This document shows positions 28,489 to 38,165 of a DNA stretch of 64,000 bases, one piece after another (position 1 is the stretch's first letter; the number at the start of each line of letters is the position of its first letter). This DNA is from a virus, in the IMG/VR virus record IMGVR_UViG_3300031963_000013. One strand, given 5' to 3'. The notes beneath the pieces are model-generated. The model had not been told where the DNA came from. It worked only from the letters and a program-made list of their open reading frames with translations, and searched no databases. Both the position numbers and the translations under genes were made by a program.

Positions 28489-30456
28489 ATGAACATAACC
28501 AAACTATACCAACAGCTACAAGAGGGTAAAACGTCCCGCGATTACTTCGTTAAAGAAGCACGCAGACAATTTCCACAGTTCATCAGTCCAGTGACTTCTT
28601 TTAAAGACGCTGTGAACATACTAAAAGGAAAAAGACTAGTATCAGAGAACGTAACCAAAGAGGTAAGCGGTGCATTCTTCGATGCTCCAACTTTTAAAAA
28701 CGAATTACAAACCACCGAAGAATCTTTACAGGAGATAAAGGGCGTAGACGAAGAACTTCTTGATATAGTGCTTAAGTACGTTAAAGATCCTGACGAAGCT
28801 ATACAGTATATAAAGAGGGGAATGCCGGATTGGTTAGAAGCTAATCTAGATAGAGACGAAGATTATAAGAATTATTTAAAAAGTACGAGAGGAGTAGATC
28901 TATACCCCGGAAACATGGGAGATGAGATGTCTGCTCCTAGAGAAGGAAAAATAAACGAAGCCCACAAACTTGACACAGAGCAGATATTGGATCGCATGTC
29001 TCCTTACGCTGTTAGAAAGGGCATAGAGTTAGAGTTGAAGAAAGAAAAGGTGATAGACAACACTACACTCAATAAAATCAAGACCCGTGTCGCTAAGAAG
29101 CTTCAAAAAAATAAAAACGCTTACGAAGACCAAGTTTTCTCAAACGTTAAAGAAATAGACAAAAAAGATAAGCAATTAGAAACAAAGGAAGTAACCCAAG
29201 AGTTGAACGATAAACACAACTCAATGAAAAAAATTAAGGGGTACAAAGAAGAGAAGGCAAACACAAAAGCTTCTAAGAAAGAAAACAGAAAGGGAAAACC
29301 TAAAGGCGTAAAAGTGATGCCTGACAAAGGCGTTACTGGATCTGAAAAGATATTAAAAGAAGACATTCAGGATAGAGCAGACGCTATTAATAGGTTCGCT
29401 AGACTAGTTAAATCTAAAAACATCGAAGATATAAAAAACGAATTAGAAGCGATAGTACAGTTTCCAGAACAGAGCAGTATTACGCCTAGTGAAGCAACAA
29501 AGATAATTAAAAAATATTGCACACCAGAAGAAGCTCAGCAGATATTAGACGACATAAATCAACCAATGACCGATCCAGCTGGTGGCAGCGGTTTATCTTC
29601 TCATCTTGAAGAGGATGAATTTAGAGCACCAACAAACAAACCGTTGGTTAACAAAGAAGAGGTGGACGACCAAGAATTGGAAGCATTAAAAATGAAAGTT
29701 ATAGGTTGGTATAAAAAAAATTATACTAATTCAAAATCACCGCTCGTTTCAAAATGGGCAACTGAATTTGAGGCAGACGTAAACAGAGCTACAAACAAAC
29801 AAGAAATCAAACAAGTCGTAGATAGCATATTGATGGGAGATACAACCACCGCTATGACTAACTTGGGTTTAAACGAAGACAAAGCGGAGGTGTTGAACAA
29901 TATAAAAGAGTTTTTACAAGAGTACAGCTACTTGGAATACCACCAAGGCATGGAAGTAAACACACCAGACGGTCCCGGAGTAGTTAAAGAAATAATGGGC
30001 GGTACGTTAACTATAGAGTTGGAAGACAGCGCTTTAAGAGACTATCAGATGAACGTGATAAACAAAGCAACAACAGATAGTAAAGAACAACCAAAACAAA
30101 CACCGCAAGCCGCAGCAGTCGACAAAGACAAAGAAGATAGGGACGCAGCATTCTCAAAGTTTCCTTTTGGCAACCTTGGCAGCGTAAAGGGCCCAGACAC
30201 TGGAATAAAGAAAGAGGCCTACAAGAACATGACACACGAAGAGAAACTTAAAGCGATAATGGAAAAAGTTCAAGCGATGGAAGAGGGCGAAAAGAAACAC
30301 AAGGCTTTGGACATTGTAAAGAAGAAGTTGAAAGAGGCTACAAAAATCCACGCAGGAGGAGAAGTTTTTTTTAAGAAAGATTCAGAAGTACCAGGATTTG
30401 AAGCTGATCTAAAATCAGCAGGAGTTAAATACACAAAAGAGAGAGTAGCATCATGA
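28489..30456 (+). CDS. Large modular prohead core or internal protein
   Basis: Charged 655-aa protein immediately before the protease; many LQE/INE/LKE/LEE/LNE sites. Confidence 0.55.
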   Translation: MNITKLYQQLQEGKTSRDYFVKEARRQFPQFISPVTSFKDAVNILKGKRLVSENVTKEVSGAFFDAPTFKNELQTTEESLQEIKGVDEELLDIVLKYVKDPDEAIQYIKRGMPDWLEANLDRDEDYKNYLKSTRGVDLYPGNMGDEMSAPREGKINEAHKLDTEQILDRMSPYAVRKGIELELKKEKVIDNTTLNKIKTRVAKKLQKNKNAYEDQVFSNVKEIDKKDKQLETKEVTQELNDKHNSMKKIKGYKEEKANTKASKKENRKGKPKGVKVMPDKGVTGSEKILKEDIQDRADAINRFARLVKSKNIEDIKNELEAIVQFPEQSSITPSEATKIIKKYCTPEEAQQILDDINQPMTDPAGGSGLSSHLEEDEFRAPTNKPLVNKEEVDDQELEALKMKVIGWYKKNYTNSKSPLVSKWATEFEADVNRATNKQEIKQVVDSILMGDTTTAMTNLGLNEDKAEVLNNIKEFLQEYSYLEYHQGMEVNTPDGPGVVKEIMGGTLTIELEDSALRDYQMNVINKATTDSKEQPKQTPQAAAVDKDKEDRDAAFSKFPFGNLGSVKGPDTGIKKEAYKNMTHEEKLKAIMEKVQAMEEGEKKHKALDIVKKKLKEATKIHAGGEVFFKKDSEVPGFEADLKSAGVKYTKERVAS

Positions 30457-31088
30457 GCAAACAACTTTTAATAGAGCATTCTTTTTTTACACCAACTATT
30501 AACTTACACGAGGGATTAAAAAACCAAAACGGTAACCTTATAGTTAGGGGTAAAGTGCAAGCTAGCGACAAACCAAACGCAAACCGCAGAGTGTATCCTT
30601 ACGAAACTCTGTTCGAACAGGTTAAAAAATACGTCGACGGTCCTATAAAAGAGAAGCGTGCGCTCGGAGAACTGGATCACCCAGAGAGCTCTATCATAAA
30701 TTTGAAAAACGTTTCTCACAACATACTGGATCTTTGGTGGGAAGGTAAAGACGTTTTCGGTACTATCGAAATACTGCCTACTCCCTCTGGTAACATACTC
30801 AAAGAGCTTTTTTTAAACAACATAACTGTAGGCATATCCTCAAGGGCTTTGGGTTCAACCACTCCCATGGCAGAAGGCTTAGTGAAAGTTGAAGAAGATT
30901 TGGAATTGATATGTTGGGACTTTGTTAGTCAACCCTCAACCTACGGTTCTTACATGAAACCTGTTAACGGTTTAAGAGAGTCTTACGACGCAACAATCAT
31001 AACTCAAACGCAAAACAAATACACAAACGTTAACAATTTGATGAGAGACATCATATGTGAAATGTCGGGTGTATGTTGCATAAACTAA
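30453..31088 (+). CDS. Prohead protease (T4 gp21-like)
   Basis: NANRRVYP, ALGELDHP, VSH, GISSRALGS, DFVSQPS. Confidence 0.93.
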   Translation: MSKQLLIEHSFFTPTINLHEGLKNQNGNLIVRGKVQASDKPNANRRVYPYETLFEQVKKYVDGPIKEKRALGELDHPESSIINLKNVSHNILDLWWEGKDVFGTIEILPTPSGNILKELFLNNITVGISSRALGSTTPMAEGLVKVEEDLELICWDFVSQPSTYGSYMKPVNGLRESYDATIITQTQNKYTNVNNLMRDIICEMSGVCCIN

Positions 31089-31093
31089 TAAAA

Positions 31094-31462
31094 ATGAAAC
31101 TATTTGAAATATTAAGCGAAGAGTTTTCAGCAAACGATCCGGTGTTAATGGCTCTTAGAGCTGCTAAAGATACTAGACAAAAAAACTTAAAAGCCTACGC
31201 CGCTAGTATGAAAAAAAGGGTGTATGGAAAGAAGAGAGAAGACCTCGTAGACAGATTAGAAACTCTTAACGATGATCTTTTGGATTTGTATAAACAAAAA
31301 AAGCAAGCGTTTATAGACATGGAATTAGACGCGGGTGAGAAAGGAAGTTCGTGGAGCGACCAAGATGCTAACGAATACGGTGATATGCTAAACAGCATTG
31401 ATGAAAAAATAGACTCTTTGATAAAAACTAGACAAAAGATTGAAATAGCTTTATCGTACTAA
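31094..31462 (+). CDS. Putative internal head protein
   Basis: MKLFEILSEE leader (ATG at 31094). Confidence 0.55.
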   Translation: MKLFEILSEEFSANDPVLMALRAAKDTRQKNLKAYAASMKKRVYGKKREDLVDRLETLNDDLLDLYKQKKQAFIDMELDAGEKGSSWSDQDANEYGDMLNSIDEKIDSLIKTRQKIEIALSY

Positions 31463-31489
31463 TAAGAAAAGCAAAATATTTTTAGAAAT

Positions 31490-31514
31490 AGCTAACTTTT
31501 TGTTAGCTTTTTTT
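31490..31514 (+). terminator. Intrinsic terminator
   Basis: AGCTAAC-TTTTT-GTTAGCT followed by a T run. Confidence 0.65.
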
Positions 31515-31545
31515 GTGTATATACATATTCTACAAAAAATGCACG

Positions 31546-31552
31546 TATTTAT
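31546..31552 (+). promoter_or_regulatory. Late promoter motif TATTTAT for the scaffold-capsid operon (one of about 19 copies)
   Basis: Same heptamer occurs in sense orientation upstream of most structural operons. Confidence 0.75.
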
Positions 31553-31647
31553 TGGTAAATGCGCAAATCTCACTATTGCGCTAAATCAATGAAACCTCAT
31601 ATTGCTTCCCTCCCCCAAATAAGCAATTAAAAATCAAAGGAAACATA

Positions 31648-32670
31648 ATGGAAACAAACATTTACAAGCAATCACTTCTTGATGCTAAAGCGGTGCGTGC
31701 GAGCATTATCGCTAACGCAAAAGCTGAACTTCAAGAGGCAATTGAGCCAAAGATCCAAGACATGATACGCACTAAGCTATCAGAAGAATTGGAAGAAGAA
31801 CTCGAAGAGGAAGTAGAAGAAGGATACGACATGGAAGAAGGCGAAACTCACGAAGAAGGCTACTACGGCGAAAAAGAAGATCAAACAATGTCTGAAGACG
31901 ACGTTACAGACGCAACTTTGGAAGAAATTCTTGCCGAATTAGACGCTTTGGAAGAAGACCAGAACCTTAACGAAGTAGAAGAAAACGTTGAAGAAGAAGG
32001 CTACAACATGGAAGAAGGAGTTGAAGAGGCTGAAGAAGAAGCCGAAGACGACGAAACCGTTGATGCAGAAATCGAAGACGAAGAAGAAACTACTGACGAC
32101 GAAACCAAAGTTGTAGACATCACTCTTGGCGACCTCAAACAAGTTCTACAGTCTGTAATGGCACAAAAAGACACGACCGCCGACGAATTCGAAGCAAGCG
32201 AAGAAGAGTCAGAAGAAAGCTCAGAAGAGCCTTTATCTCTTGACGAAATCTTGGCAGAATTAGAAGAAGCCGAAGGTCACAAAGAAGAAAAGCACGAAGA
32301 AGGTAAAAAAGTTGAAGAGATGGAAAAAGAGCTAGAAGAAGCAAAAAACACTATAGCTGCTTTAAATGAAACTCTACAAGACATCAACCTATTGAATGCG
32401 AAGCTTCTTTACATGAACAAAATTTTCAAAGCAAAAACTTTGACAGAATCAGAAAAAGTAAAAGTAATTAAAGCTTTCGATAGATCTACTTCTGTTAAAG
32501 AGGTTAAAAACACTTTTGAAACATTAAAAGAATCTTTAAGCGTTAAAAAATCACAGCTAAAAGAATCTGTAGGTTTTGCATCGAAAGCCGCGGGCGTAGC
32601 ACCTAGCAAACCAATCATCGAATCAAACGATTTCGTTTCTAGATGGCAAAAAATCGCAGGCATTAAATAA
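31648..32670 (+). CDS. Prohead scaffold protein (gp22-like)
   Basis: Very acidic coiled coil just before the MCP; ends RWQKIAGIK. Confidence 0.85.
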   Translation: METNIYKQSLLDAKAVRASIIANAKAELQEAIEPKIQDMIRTKLSEELEEELEEEVEEGYDMEEGETHEEGYYGEKEDQTMSEDDVTDATLEEILAELDALEEDQNLNEVEENVEEEGYNMEEGVEEAEEEAEDDETVDAEIEDEEETTDDETKVVDITLGDLKQVLQSVMAQKDTTADEFEASEEESEESSEEPLSLDEILAELEEAEGHKEEKHEEGKKVEEMEKELEEAKNTIAALNETLQDINLLNAKLLYMNKIFKAKTLTESEKVKVIKAFDRSTSVKEVKNTFETLKESLSVKKSQLKESVGFASKAAGVAPSKPIIESNDFVSRWQKIAGIK

Positions 32671-32691
32671 CAACAAAAAAAACTAATAACA

Positions 32692-34365
32692 ATGGCAAAT
32701 TTAGTACAATCTTTACTAAAAGAATCAGCCCAATCAACTTTCGAGAGCCAAACTAGCGTTGCTAGCAGACTCGCAAAGAAATGGGAAAAATCTGGACTCC
32801 TAGAGGGACTCCAAGATTACGAAAAGAATAACATGTCTGTTATTCTAGAAAACCAAGCTAAGCAGCTTGTAATCGAATCATCACAAACAAACGGTGGCTT
32901 AAACTCAGGCGGTGCTACTTTCACTCCTGGTACCGGCGAACAGTGGGCGGGCGTTGCTCTTCCTTTGGTTCGTAAAATCTTAGGCCAAATCGCATCTAAA
33001 GAGTTCGTTAGCGTACAGCCGATGAATCTTCCTGCTGGTCTAGTGTTCTATTTGGATTTCCAATACGGAGATTCTAAGAGACCATTCGCTTCAGGCGATT
33101 CTATCTACGGTACTCCGTCTAGCAACTTTGGTAACTTAGCAGCAGGTGCTCTTTACGGAGCTGGTAAATTCGGTTATTCTCTTAACCAATTCTCTGCTTC
33201 AATCTCATCATCAGCTGCAAATTTTGCTTCTGCTTCTGCTACTTGGGCTGAATTGGAATTCAACTCTGATTTCTCAGCTTCTGCAGCTGCAAGAACAATC
33301 ACAAAAGTAACAGTTCCTACATCTTCTATTGATGCTAACATCAACATTGATGGCGTAAGAGCTTTCATCATCACATCTGGTTCTACAGTTAACTCTGCTG
33401 ATAACTTACAGCAATTCACTGTTCTTTCTTCAAGTGCTGCTGGTGTGTTTGTTAACTTCTTCGTAAACAAGGCTTTGAGCACTTTTAGCGCTCCTCTTAC
33501 TTACGTTGTTAACTACAACAAGAAGACAGACTTCAACACTCGCGGTGATTTCGAAGACAGAACAGGTGCTCCTTCAGTTCCTAACGCTGCTAGCAACACA
33601 TCTATCGTTATCCCTGAGATCAACGTACAGATGAAGTCTCAGACAGTTTCTGCTAAGACTCGTAAGTTGAAAGCGCAGTGGACTCCTGAATTTGCGCAAG
33701 ACCTTAACGCTTACCACTCACTTGACGCTGAAGCTGAATTGACTGGTATCCTTTCTGAGCACATCTCTCTTGAGATCGACCTCGAAGTATTGGATATGTT
33801 AATTCAAAACGCTCCTACAGTTGAGTACTGGTCTGCTAAGGTTGGTAACCAAATCAACAACACCACAACTGGCTTTGATGTTAACACAGCGGGTGTTTAC
33901 TACACTCAAATGTCTTGGTTCCAAACTTTGGGCATCAAGATGCAAAAGGTTTCTAACATCATCCATCAGCGTACTTTACGCGGTGGCGCTAACTTCATCG
34001 TAGTATCTCCAACAATCGCTACAATCCTTGAGTCAATCCCTGGATTCGCTGCTGATACTGACGGAGCTGCTGACACAATGAAGTACGCTTTCGGTGTACA
34101 GAAGATCGGTGCGCTTAACAGCCGTTACAAAGTGTACAAGAACCCCTACATGACTGAGAACGTGATCCTTATGGGTCTTCGTGGAAATCAATTCCTTGAG
34201 TGCGGCGCGGTTTACTCTCCGTACGTTCCATTGATCATGACTCCTCTTGTGTACGATCCTAACACTTTTACTCCGCGTAAAGGTATCATGACTCGTTACG
34301 CTATGACTATGGTGAGACCAGAATTTTACGGATTGGTTGTTGTGGCTGACACAAACGTGATCTAA
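32692..34365 (+). CDS. Major capsid protein (T4 gp23-like)
   Basis: VSVQPMNLPAGLVF, AKTRKLKAQWTPEFAQDLNAYH, YSPYVPL, PRKGIMTRY. Confidence 0.97.
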   Translation: MANLVQSLLKESAQSTFESQTSVASRLAKKWEKSGLLEGLQDYEKNNMSVILENQAKQLVIESSQTNGGLNSGGATFTPGTGEQWAGVALPLVRKILGQIASKEFVSVQPMNLPAGLVFYLDFQYGDSKRPFASGDSIYGTPSSNFGNLAAGALYGAGKFGYSLNQFSASISSSAANFASASATWAELEFNSDFSASAAARTITKVTVPTSSIDANINIDGVRAFIITSGSTVNSADNLQQFTVLSSSAAGVFVNFFVNKALSTFSAPLTYVVNYNKKTDFNTRGDFEDRTGAPSVPNAASNTSIVIPEINVQMKSQTVSAKTRKLKAQWTPEFAQDLNAYHSLDAEAELTGILSEHISLEIDLEVLDMLIQNAPTVEYWSAKVGNQINNTTTGFDVNTAGVYYTQMSWFQTLGIKMQKVSNIIHQRTLRGGANFIVVSPTIATILESIPGFAADTDGAADTMKYAFGVQKIGALNSRYKVYKNPYMTENVILMGLRGNQFLECGAVYSPYVPLIMTPLVYDPNTFTPRKGIMTRYAMTMVRPEFYGLVVVADTNVI

Positions 34366-34386
34366 TAAGCTCACAATAAATAAAAT

Positions 34387-34416
34387 AAGGTCGATCCCGT
34401 AAGGTCGGCCTTTTTT
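34387..34416 (+). terminator. Intrinsic terminator after the MCP
   Basis: AAGGTCGATC-ccgtaa-GGTCGGCCTT followed by TTTT. Confidence 0.85.
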
Positions 34417-34424
34417 ATGCTCCC

Positions 34425-34517
34425 AAGTGATCCCGGAGCTCACCCCTTAGCTCTATTGTCCAATACAATGTAACATATAAGCTAAAAATGAGCTTCCCCA
34501 TGAGCTCCAAATCACTT
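34425..34517. repeat. Long imperfect inverted repeat, candidate structured small RNA
   Basis: AAGTGAT-ccc-GGAGCTCA pairs with TGAGCTCC-aa-ATCACTT; inner TTAGCT/AGCTAA and ATTGT/ACAAT stems. Confidence 0.55.
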
Positions 34518-34574
34518 CTAGTAAATTAACGCTATTGCGTGCCACTACATATTTATAGGAAACACAGTTGTAAG

Positions 34575-35249
34575 ATGGAAAATCAAGACGTTTCGCAAAA
34601 AAGAAAGCCGAAAAATCCGATAAAGTTTCAAGTTTCATTGAACGAGGAGCAAAAAGAAGCAAAATCGATCATACTGGCGAACAAGATAACGGTTTTAAAA
34701 GGACAAGCCGGTTCAGGTAAGTCGTTGGTAGCAGCACAGGTAGCTTTGGACATGTTGTTTAAAAGGGACGTTGAAAAGATCATACTCACTAGACCCGCTG
34801 TCACATCTGGAGAAGAGATAGGATACCTTCCTGGTGATAAGGACGCTAAGTTGGCTCCCTACACCGCGGCGATATACGACCAAATGTACAGGTTATACAA
34901 CAAAGAAAAGATAGATAAAGAGGTTTCAGAAGGACGAATAGAAGTTATACCCGTTGGTTTCCTAAGGGGACGCAATTTTACCAACTGCGCAATTGTGTGC
35001 GACGAATCACAAAACGTGACACACCGTCAAATGGAATTGTTGTTGGGTAGAATGTGCAGTGGAAGCAAGATGATTGTGGTAGGAGATACGTCTCAGATAG
35101 ATTTGAAAGACAGAAAGATGAGCGGTTTTCAATTTCTGTGCACAAACTTTAAAGAAGTGCCAGGATTCGCGGTAGTGTCTTTGAAAACCAATCACAGAGA
35201 CCCAATAGTAGAAGACATACTAAAAATATATAAAGAACACACAGACTAA
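34575..35249 (+). CDS. phoH: PhoH-like ATPase
   Basis: GQAGSGKS, TRPAV, GYLPG, FLRGRNF, DESQN, GDTSQID; start at ATG 34575 after the late motif. Confidence 0.93.
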   Translation: MENQDVSQKRKPKNPIKFQVSLNEEQKEAKSIILANKITVLKGQAGSGKSLVAAQVALDMLFKRDVEKIILTRPAVTSGEEIGYLPGDKDAKLAPYTAAIYDQMYRLYNKEKIDKEVSEGRIEVIPVGFLRGRNFTNCAIVCDESQNVTHRQMELLLGRMCSGSKMIVVGDTSQIDLKDRKMSGFQFLCTNFKEVPGFAVVSLKTNHRDPIVEDILKIYKEHTD

Positions 35250-35251
35250 AG

Positions 35252-36418
35252 ATGCCAAATCCATTAATATATGACGGTACGCCAATAGCGATATCAGGAA
35301 GCACGCCTTTCGGATTCTACGATAACGATGCCCAGTTCCAATCAGACGGTCCCAAAGTAGCTACGTTTGTGGCGAGAAAGTTGGGATACGGCGTTATGGA
35401 CGTAGAATTGGACGATTTAAACATATACGCTTGCTTCGAAGAAGCGGTGTCCATATACGCGGAAGAACTTTACCAATCCAAAATAAAGGACAACTACATA
35501 AGTTTAGAGGGTTCGCCTACCGCCTCCCAACTGAACAACATAGTTGTGACTCCAAATCTCCAAAACATAGTTGCGATTGCAAGCGATTACGGAGAACAGG
35601 TTGGAGTAGGAGGAAACGTAGAGTGGTACACAGGTTCTTTGGACCTTAAGAAAAAAGTTCAAGTGTACGATATGAAACAGTGGGCGGTAGAAAACGCAAA
35701 TCTACAACCGGGAGATAACATCATAATAAAGAGGATATTCTACGAAGCGAACCCAGCGGTTAACCAATACTATGATCCTTACATAGGTGGATCCATAAAC
35801 TACCAAGGCGCAACAGAAAACTTTGGTTGGGCGAGTTATTCCCCAGGTCTAAACTTCGTTCTATTCCCTGTCTATTGGGACATTCAACGTATCCAACAAA
35901 TAGAAATGTCAAACACCGTAAGAAGATCGGCGTTTACTTTCGAATTGATCAACAACAAATTACGCATATTTCCGATACCCGAAGACGAAGAGAGAAAGCT
36001 TTTCTTTCAATACTCAAAACAGAGCGAAGCTGGCAATCCGATATCTAGTAGCTACTACAACGGTAACACTGGCCTGGTAACAAACCCTTCGAACGTGCCT
36101 TACGGATTAGTGGTATACTCCCAAATAAACTACCCAGGCAAACAGTGGATCTACGAGTACACCTTGGCGTTAGCAGCAGAACTGCTTGGATTGATAAGGG
36201 GTAAGTACACAAACGTACCGATACCAGGATCTGAAGTTACTTTGAACGCTGGCGATTTGATAGCAAAAGGACAGAACAGACAGCAAGAATTAAGAGACAA
36301 GTTGAGACAGGACTTCGACGACATGAGCAGAAAAGCACAGTTGGAGAGGAAACAGTCAGAGAACCAATCTCTCAGCGACACGTTAACAAACATACCATTA
36401 ATGATTTACATAGGATAA
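35252..36418 (+). CDS. Neck protein (gp13-like)
   Basis: RKLGYGVMDVELDD..WIYEYTLALAAELLGLIRGKY..VTLNA; position after the capsid. Confidence 0.75.
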   Translation: MPNPLIYDGTPIAISGSTPFGFYDNDAQFQSDGPKVATFVARKLGYGVMDVELDDLNIYACFEEAVSIYAEELYQSKIKDNYISLEGSPTASQLNNIVVTPNLQNIVAIASDYGEQVGVGGNVEWYTGSLDLKKKVQVYDMKQWAVENANLQPGDNIIIKRIFYEANPAVNQYYDPYIGGSINYQGATENFGWASYSPGLNFVLFPVYWDIQRIQQIEMSNTVRRSAFTFELINNKLRIFPIPEDEERKLFFQYSKQSEAGNPISSSYYNGNTGLVTNPSNVPYGLVVYSQINYPGKQWIYEYTLALAAELLGLIRGKYTNVPIPGSEVTLNAGDLIAKGQNRQQELRDKLRQDFDDMSRKAQLERKQSENQSLSDTLTNIPLMIYIG

Positions 36419-36419
36419 C

Positions 36420-36911
36420 ATGGCAATATTCGGATCATCCAGAGACATAAGTACTTTCAAAGGCATATCAAGAGAGCTTTTGGAAAATGTAGTTTCACAA
36501 AACTGCGGATACTACAAAATTGTTTTAAAGGATACGGAAATAAACGTATACGGGGAAGGGATGACAAAGTATTACGTGGGTCCCGTGCTAATAAACTGTT
36601 TGATAGAAAGGGGAGATTTCACCGCTAACAAAGAAGACTTCGGTGTACAAGTAAGCAGAAACGTGCAGTTCAGGTTTTTAAAGTATCACCTGGAACAAGC
36701 AAACGTAGTACCAGAAGTTGGAGACGTCATAATGTACAACGAAGATTACTATCACGTAGGAAACGTAAACGAAAACCAATTGATCGTGGGAAAAGACAAC
36801 GACTACTCTTACGAGAGCGGTTTACAAAATTTTGGAAACTCGTACTCCATACTGTTAGATACGCACTTAACAAGTCCTGACGCTCTTGGCATAACAAAAA
36901 ATAGATTATAA
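36420..36911 (+). CDS. Neck/head-completion protein (gp14-like)
   Basis: PEVGDVIMYNEDYYHV; follows gp13. Confidence 0.6.
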   Translation: MAIFGSSRDISTFKGISRELLENVVSQNCGYYKIVLKDTEINVYGEGMTKYYVGPVLINCLIERGDFTANKEDFGVQVSRNVQFRFLKYHLEQANVVPEVGDVIMYNEDYYHVGNVNENQLIVGKDNDYSYESGLQNFGNSYSILLDTHLTSPDALGITKNRL

Positions 36912-38164
36912 TGGCCCAACAGACTAGACCCAGAAACAGAAAAGAATTCATGACTTCTTTGAGTAAGCCTTACACCACTCAAGGGACAGATCCTACGAAA
37001 ATATTTTCTGAACCGAAAAAGGCAGGCCAACCCGAAATAAACAGATCGCTACAGACTTCAATGGACAACGATTCCGATAAGGATTACTACATCGGAATAA
37101 AGGACATAGACGAAGCTGTGATGCACTATTTCAAAGACGTATTGAAACTGTACGTAATACAGAACAACGCTAGGGTAGACATACCCATACTGTACGGAAC
37201 GCCAGAGAACTGGAAAAGCTTTCAAAGAGACGGTTACTACAGGGACAAAGAGGGTCGTTTGATGGCACCGCTTCTGGTTTTTAAAAAGAACAGCATAACC
37301 CAAAACAGAAACTTGGGAAACAAGTTAGACGGAAACTCTGCTCAAAACCTACAGTACTTTGAAAAGGGATACTCAAAGAGAAATTTCTACAGCAATTTTG
37401 GAGTTTTAAACAACAGAGTTCCACAGAAAGAGTACATAGCGACCGTGATTCCTGACTACGTTACTGTTGAATACTCTTGCGTGATATGGACGTACTACAT
37501 GGAACAGATGGACAAAGTAATTGAAGCTTTAAACTACGCTTCAAGAGCTTATTGGGGAGACCCGAACAAATTCCAATTTTACAGTTCCATAGAGACTTTC
37601 AGCGATACAACTCAATACGAACAGGGAGAAGATAGAGCGGTTAGAACAAACTTTGATTTAACCCTAAACGGGTATTTGATACCCGATAGCCTAAACAAAC
37701 AGCTATCGTTTAACGGTAAAGTGTACAGCACAAGCCAGGTGATATTCGGTTTTGAAACCACAGATTCTTCGCTAGAGAGTTACACCGTAGCTAAAAAGCC
37801 TGCAGGAAAGTCTTTGGCTTCTGTTATAGCCGCAGACTCGATAAACACAGTAATAAACCAAACCATAAACACAGTGAACCCAGAAGCGTTAACGTACATA
37901 AACACGAACAAACAAGTCACAGGAGTGTACGTAAACGATACAACAGTGCAGTTTAACAACCAGTGGTTGGTGGCTCCAACAGGGTTCCCGGCCACAGGTA
38001 TCGATAACTTTACTTTCTTCTGTAACGGACAATTGATAGAAAGAACAGCAATAGTTAGTTTTACGCAAAACATAAACGGAGGCGCTCTGGTGATAAATCC
38101 AACGCTTCTCAGTTACGCTTTTGATAACACAGACGAAGTTGTGGCTATAGGAAAATTCGCATAA
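36911..38164 (+). CDS. Tail terminator/sheath stabiliser (gp15-like) with a C-terminal extension
   Basis: IPILYGTPENW, PDYVTVEY..EQMDKVIE, FDLTLNGYL. Confidence 0.6.
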   Translation: MAQQTRPRNRKEFMTSLSKPYTTQGTDPTKIFSEPKKAGQPEINRSLQTSMDNDSDKDYYIGIKDIDEAVMHYFKDVLKLYVIQNNARVDIPILYGTPENWKSFQRDGYYRDKEGRLMAPLLVFKKNSITQNRNLGNKLDGNSAQNLQYFEKGYSKRNFYSNFGVLNNRVPQKEYIATVIPDYVTVEYSCVIWTYYMEQMDKVIEALNYASRAYWGDPNKFQFYSSIETFSDTTQYEQGEDRAVRTNFDLTLNGYLIPDSLNKQLSFNGKVYSTSQVIFGFETTDSSLESYTVAKKPAGKSLASVIAADSINTVINQTINTVNPEALTYINTNKQVTGVYVNDTTVQFNNQWLVAPTGFPATGIDNFTFFCNGQLIERTAIVSFTQNINGGALVINPTLLSYAFDNTDEVVAIGKFA

Positions 38165-38165
38165 A

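Noticed and set aside
22762-34365. Introns, inteins or homing endonucleases in terminase, portal or MCP
   Set aside because: ORFs are continuous and of normal size; no intein termini or HNH/GIY-YIG/LAGLIDADG motifs seen
34453-34662. Minus-strand 69-aa ORF and the upstream GTG extension of phoH (34539)
   Set aside because: Both span the late promoter motif; ATG 34575 fits better
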